From Pseudomonadota bacterium (GTDB taxonomy: Bacteria > Pseudomonadota > Gammaproteobacteria > Beggiatoales > Beggiatoaceae): DNA of 64,000 bases. The stretch lies in assembly GCA_041161065.1 (NCBI GenBank), contig JBEAVE010000006.1, positions 58,912 to 122,911 of the forward strand. The letters are read 5' to 3'. Below the pieces are notes generated by a model that saw only the letters and a list, made by a program, of their open reading frames with translations, made no database searches and was not told the origin of the DNA. Every line of letters starts with the position of its first letter. The stretch's first letter is position 1. The position numbers were made by a program, and so were the translations under genes. This document shows, piece after piece, positions 60,293 to 64,000 of this stretch.

Positions 60293-60916
60293 CTATGGTT
60301 TTTGAGGAACTTCTTGAGCATTAACGACCGCGCTCGGATCAACATTTGCCATTGGAGGAAGTGAATGCGCAATCCCTTTGTGACAATCAATGCAAGTTTT
60401 CTTTTCATCAACGGCTTTAATATGTTGCGCCATGCTACGCCGTCCTTGTTTGGTGTAATCCATTGAATCAAAACTGTGGCAGTTTCTACATTCACGTGAA
60501 TCTGTTTTCTTCATAGAATCCCAAACGTGTCCCGCTAATTCTAGACGTTTTGCTTCGAATTTCTCACGGGTGTTAATTGTGCCGAGAATTTTGTGAAGAA
60601 CTTCATTACTCGCTTGCACCTTTCTAATCATTTTGTGCGTCCAATCTTTGGGGACATGACAATCAGGGCAAGTTGCTCTCACTCCGGTGCGATTGGAATA
60701 GTGGACAGTTCTTTTGTATTCTTGATAAACATTTTGCTCCATTTCATGGCAAGAAATACAAAAGGTTTCGGTATTTGTCGCTTCCATTGCCGTATTAAAG
60801 CCGCCCCAAAAGATAATTCCACCCAAGAAACCGATAACAACTAACCCTAAAATCGACCAAGTTGCACTCGGTGAACGGAGTTTCTGCCAGAGTGTTTTTT
60901 GTTGATGATCATTCAT
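60293..60916 (-). CDS. napC: tetraheme cytochrome c NapC (NapC/NirT family)
   Basis: N-terminal TM anchor and four CxxCH motifs (CISCH, CPDCH, CRNCH, CIDCH). Confidence 0.9.
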   Translation of the reverse strand: MNDHQQKTLWQKLRSPSATWSILGLVVIGFLGGIIFWGGFNTAMEATNTETFCISCHEMEQNVYQEYKRTVHYSNRTGVRATCPDCHVPKDWTHKMIRKVQASNEVLHKILGTINTREKFEAKRLELAGHVWDSMKKTDSRECRNCHSFDSMDYTKQGRRSMAQHIKAVDEKKTCIDCHKGIAHSLPPMANVDPSAVVNAQEVPQKP

Positions 60917-60925
60917 AACAAACCC

Positions 60926-61363
60926 TTATTGTGATTGTAAAGATTGAATGGGTTTGAAAGTGTTTTCAACTAATGGTTTGGCATCGGTTTGTGGCACATG
61001 ACATTGTGTGCAAAAATAACGTCTTCCAGACACATTTGCCAAATCAACGCCGTCACGATTGGTGAAATGCGTGGTGCTAATTTTGGTGGCTTTATTTTGT
61101 TTATAATTTGCCCAACTATGACAAGTTAAGCATTTATTCACTTTGAGATCGATTTCATAGTTTTCAATCAAGTGAGGAATTAAAGGAGGTTGTTGAACAT
61201 AATTGCGTTCTAAAGGCTCTTGATCTTTCCATTTTCTTACTTCAGGCATAGGGGTTGGATCGTCGGGTTTCAAACCGCCGCTTAAACTGCCTAATTCTTC
61301 TGCGAAAACGGGATTAAATCCCAAACAAAATAAGAGTCCTATTTTTAAGAAAGTTGCTTTCAT
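60926..61363 (-). CDS. napB: diheme cytochrome c NapB
   Basis: Signal peptide and two CxxCH motifs (CLTCH, CTQCH), 145 aa. Confidence 0.85.
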   Translation of the reverse strand: MKATFLKIGLLFCLGFNPVFAEELGSLSGGLKPDDPTPMPEVRKWKDQEPLERNYVQQPPLIPHLIENYEIDLKVNKCLTCHSWANYKQNKATKISTTHFTNRDGVDLANVSGRRYFCTQCHVPQTDAKPLVENTFKPIQSLQSQ

Positions 61364-61368
61364 GGATA

Positions 61369-62208
61369 TTATTTCTCCTGCCGATGAATAGTTTGTTGAG
61401 GGTGCGTTTCAAGTTGAGAAAGTTTGTGAGAAAAACGATGGCTGTATTCAAACACTTGCTTATTACAAACATCAATACAACGCCCACAATTTGTGCAATT
61501 CGCCGCTAAAATCAATGGATTAGAACCTTTTGCCGCCCCTTTCAACGGTAATTTAATAACCTGATGTTCGGGACAAACAATAAAACAATCTAAGCAATCA
61601 TCGCACGCATTTCTTCGCGTCGCTTTGACTCGTATCAGACTGATTTTATTGATTAAACTGTAAAAAGCACCCACTGGACACAAATGCCCGCACCAACCAT
61701 TTTTGATAACCAATAAATCAAAGAAAAAAATCGCTAAAACAATGAACCACATTGCAACGCCGCCAAAAATCAAACCGCGTTGAAACATTGAAACGGGATT
61801 AACCAATTCCCACGCTAATGTGCCGCTAAAAAGCCCAATAATCAATGACATGGCTAATATCCAATAACGAGTTTGCCGAGAAAAACTGCTGGTATTTTTA
61901 ATGCCCAAACGGTTTCTCAACCAACCCGCCGCATCGGTAATGATGTTTATTGGACAAACCCACGAACAATACACTCGTCCGCCCACAATGAAATAAAAAA
62001 TCAAAACAATCATTGCGCCAATTAAAGCCGTTTTAGCGAGCGAATGTCCCGCAAAGAAACTTTGTAACAACACATAAGGATCGGTCAAAGGAATGGTATT
62101 AAAAAGCACGCTGGAACTTAGATTTCCTTTAATAATCCCAACCGGTGCAAAAATAAACAATCCTAAAATGCTAAGTTGCGAAAAACGCCGCAGAATTAAC
62201 CATTTCAC
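61369..62208 (-). CDS. napH: membrane-bound ferredoxin-type protein NapH
   Basis: Four TM segments. CxxxCP motifs ([14 protein letters not shown]) and C-terminal 4Fe-4S motifs ([23 protein letters not shown]). Confidence 0.85.
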   Translation of the reverse strand: MKWLILRRFSQLSILGLFIFAPVGIIKGNLSSSVLFNTIPLTDPYVLLQSFFAGHSLAKTALIGAMIVLIFYFIVGGRVYCSWVCPINIITDAAGWLRNRLGIKNTSSFSRQTRYWILAMSLIIGLFSGTLAWELVNPVSMFQRGLIFGGVAMWFIVLAIFFFDLLVIKNGWCGHLCPVGAFYSLINKISLIRVKATRRNACDDCLDCFIVCPEHQVIKLPLKGAAKGSNPLILAANCTNCGRCIDVCNKQVFEYSHRFSHKLSQLETHPQQTIHRQEK

Positions 62209-62987
62209 GGTTTAAATCCTTGTAACGGAAGTGGTTGAAAGTCAGCGGGTTTGTCAGGCATTCGATCGGGTAAATCCAGTTGCTCTGGAATTAAACTGTG
62301 TCCAGCCTTGTGTTTTTCTTCCCAACCCAAACGGTAATGTTCGCCTAATTCGCCGCGAGCAAGTTGTCGAGGAATAACCTTAATTGCCGCGATTTCTAGC
62401 ACGCAGGCTTTCTCACATTTTCCGCAACCCGTGCACGCATTTGAATGTACCGTTGGCATAAACATCGCGTGTTTAGTAGTACGTTGATTATGTTGAATAT
62501 TTAAGGTAATTGCCTTATCAATTAACGGACACACTCGATAACAGACATCACAACGTAACCCTAAGAAATTTAAGCAATTTTCCTGATCGATCAACACCGC
62601 CAAACCCATTCGAGCGTCATCGATGTTTTTCAACGACGGATCGAGCGCGCCGGTCGGGCAAATTTTCACGCACGGAATGTCATCGCACATTTCACAAGGC
62701 ACGTCGCGGGCGGTAAAATAAGGCGTACCATTTGCAACAAAATCAGTAAGTTGTGCTAATTTCAGGGTATGATACGGACAATCCCGCACACACAGCCCAC
62801 AACGCACACACGCCGCTTGAAAAGCCTGTTCAGACAACGCCCCGGGCGGTCGCAAAGCCTGCGGAGGAAGCGATTGGGCTTGACGCGCATAAATCCCCAC
62901 GCCAATCCCGATCAAACCCGCCTGACACGCTAATTTCGCGCTTTCCGTGAGAAACTGCCGCCGTGCGTGGTTCATTTTTGAAATCAC
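62205..62987 (-). CDS. napG: periplasmic ferredoxin-type protein NapG
   Basis: Tat-type signal ARRQFLTES and four CxxCxxCxxxCP-type clusters. Confidence 0.85.
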   Translation of the reverse strand: MISKMNHARRQFLTESAKLACQAGLIGIGVGIYARQAQSLPPQALRPPGALSEQAFQAACVRCGLCVRDCPYHTLKLAQLTDFVANGTPYFTARDVPCEMCDDIPCVKICPTGALDPSLKNIDDARMGLAVLIDQENCLNFLGLRCDVCYRVCPLIDKAITLNIQHNQRTTKHAMFMPTVHSNACTGCGKCEKACVLEIAAIKVIPRQLARGELGEHYRLGWEEKHKAGHSLIPEQLDLPDRMPDKPADFQPLPLQGFKP

Positions 62988-63006
62988 CTTTTCAAATCAT
63001 TTCAAA

Positions 63007-64000
63007 TCAAGCGCGCGTCACTTTTACCGCACACTTTTTGTAATCCGTTTCTTTAGAAATCGGACAGGTTGCATCTAAGGTAACTTTATTGATCAAACGT
63101 TGCTCGTCAAACCAAGGTACATATACTAATCCTTTCGGTGGGCGATTACGACCTTTGGTTTCTACAGAAACAACAATTTCTCCCCGACGACTGGCAATTT
63201 TGGCAGCCATACCGCGTTTCAAACCCCGCGCCTCTGCGTCATCTGGGTGCATAAAGATCACTGCATCGGGAAATGCACGATGTAATTCTGGCACACGCCG
63301 CGTCATTGAACCCGAATGCCAATGTTCCAATACTCTTCCAGTACATAACCACAAATCAAATTCTTTATCAGGAGATTCTGCGGCGGCTTCATAAGGTAGA
63401 GCAAAAATGCGCGCTTTTCCATCAGGATTTCCATAGAATTTCAAACCCTCACCTTCTTTAATATGCGGGTCGTATCCTTCACGATAACGCCATAAAGTTT
63501 CTTTACCCTCAATAACGGGCCATCTCAAACCGCGTGCTTGATGATACAAATCAAATTCGCCTAATTCATGACCTTTCTTGCCTTGCAAACCAAACTGACG
63601 ATATTCCTCAAATAATCCTTTCTGCAAATAGAAACCAAAACTTTCCATTTCATCATTGCTATACACATTACCTGCTTGGTCTTTAACGTCTTGCTTTTCA
63701 AACTTATTCACCATGCCATTTGCAAAAAGGACTTCAAATAAGGTTTTTCCTTTCAATTCGGGCTTTTTGTTCAAAAGTTCTTCAGACCACACTTCCTCTG
63801 TTTTGAAACGCTTTGAAAACTCGACAATTTGCCAAACATCAGAACGCGCTTCACCTTGAGGTTTAACTTGTTGTCTCCAAAACTGGGTTCTTCTCTCAGC
63901 ATTACCATACGCACCTTCTTTTTCTACCCACATTGCAGTCGGTAAAATCAAATCCGCAGAAAGCGCAGTCACGGTTGGATAAGGATCAGAAACTACAATA
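63007..64000 (-). CDS. napA: periplasmic nitrate reductase catalytic subunit NapA (3' part, gene continues beyond window end)
   Basis: The frame stays open to position 64000 ([20 protein letters not shown]...). The molybdopterin-oxidoreductase C-terminal domain ends in CAVKVTRA. Confidence 0.9.
   Translation of the reverse strand, partial: IVVSDPYPTVTALSADLILPTAMWVEKEGAYGNAERRTQFWRQQVKPQGEARSDVWQIVEFSKRFKTEEVWSEELLNKKPELKGKTLFEVLFANGMVNKFEKQDVKDQAGNVYSNDEMESFGFYLQKGLFEEYRQFGLQGKKGHELGEFDLYHQARGLRWPVIEGKETLWRYREGYDPHIKEGEGLKFYGNPDGKARIFALPYEAAAESPDKEFDLWLCTGRVLEHWHSGSMTRRVPELHRAFPDAVIFMHPDDAEARGLKRGMAAKIASRRGEIVVSVETKGRNRPPKGLVYVPWFDEQRLINKVTLDATCPISKETDYKKCAVKVTRA

Overview
This is a 64-kb chromosomal window from an AT-leaning gammaproteobacterium. 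It holds about 70 protein-coding genes. I saw no rRNA, tRNA, CRISPR array, transposase or integrase. The gene content (napAGHBC, globins, ubiquinone genes, FadL-type porin) fits a nitrate-respiring Thiotrichales/Beggiatoa-like organism, but that is inference only. The backbone is housekeeping: gluQ, ttcA, ubiX, a complete F1Fo operon atpIBEFHAGDC, ntrB/ntrC, yidD, pheA, rdgB, miaB-ybeZ-ybeY-corC, uvrD, moeB, dnaQ, rnhB, lptF, nadD-rsfS, mutY-yggX, trpA, rlmD, mtnD-mtnC, a ubiJ-like gene, metY, and the 3' part of a periplasmic nitrate reductase operon (napA partial, napG, napH, napB, napC). Six loci deserve a second look. (1) A Roadblock/LC7 - stand-alone CZB zinc sensor - unknown 387-aa protein - CvnD/MglA-type small GTPase module (36.45-38.96 kb). 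(2) A tightly packed cassette of four orphan genes, three of which share short motifs, whose last stop codon overlaps the lptF start (47.6-49.9 kb). (3) An MmeI-like single-chain restriction-modification gene plus a truncated vapC (PIN toxin) remnant wedged between ntrB and ntrC (16.37-19.55 kb). (4) An operon encoding an M50 protease fused to a HlyD-type adaptor, an orphan PotD-like binding protein and a hybrid histidine kinase (24.46-30.04 kb). (5) Two tandem single-domain globin paralogs, one lacking the canonical proximal histidine. (6) A chemoreceptor with a 4 x 135-nt poly-HAMP array. All functional calls rest on motif recognition by eye in the supplied translations. No database search was run.
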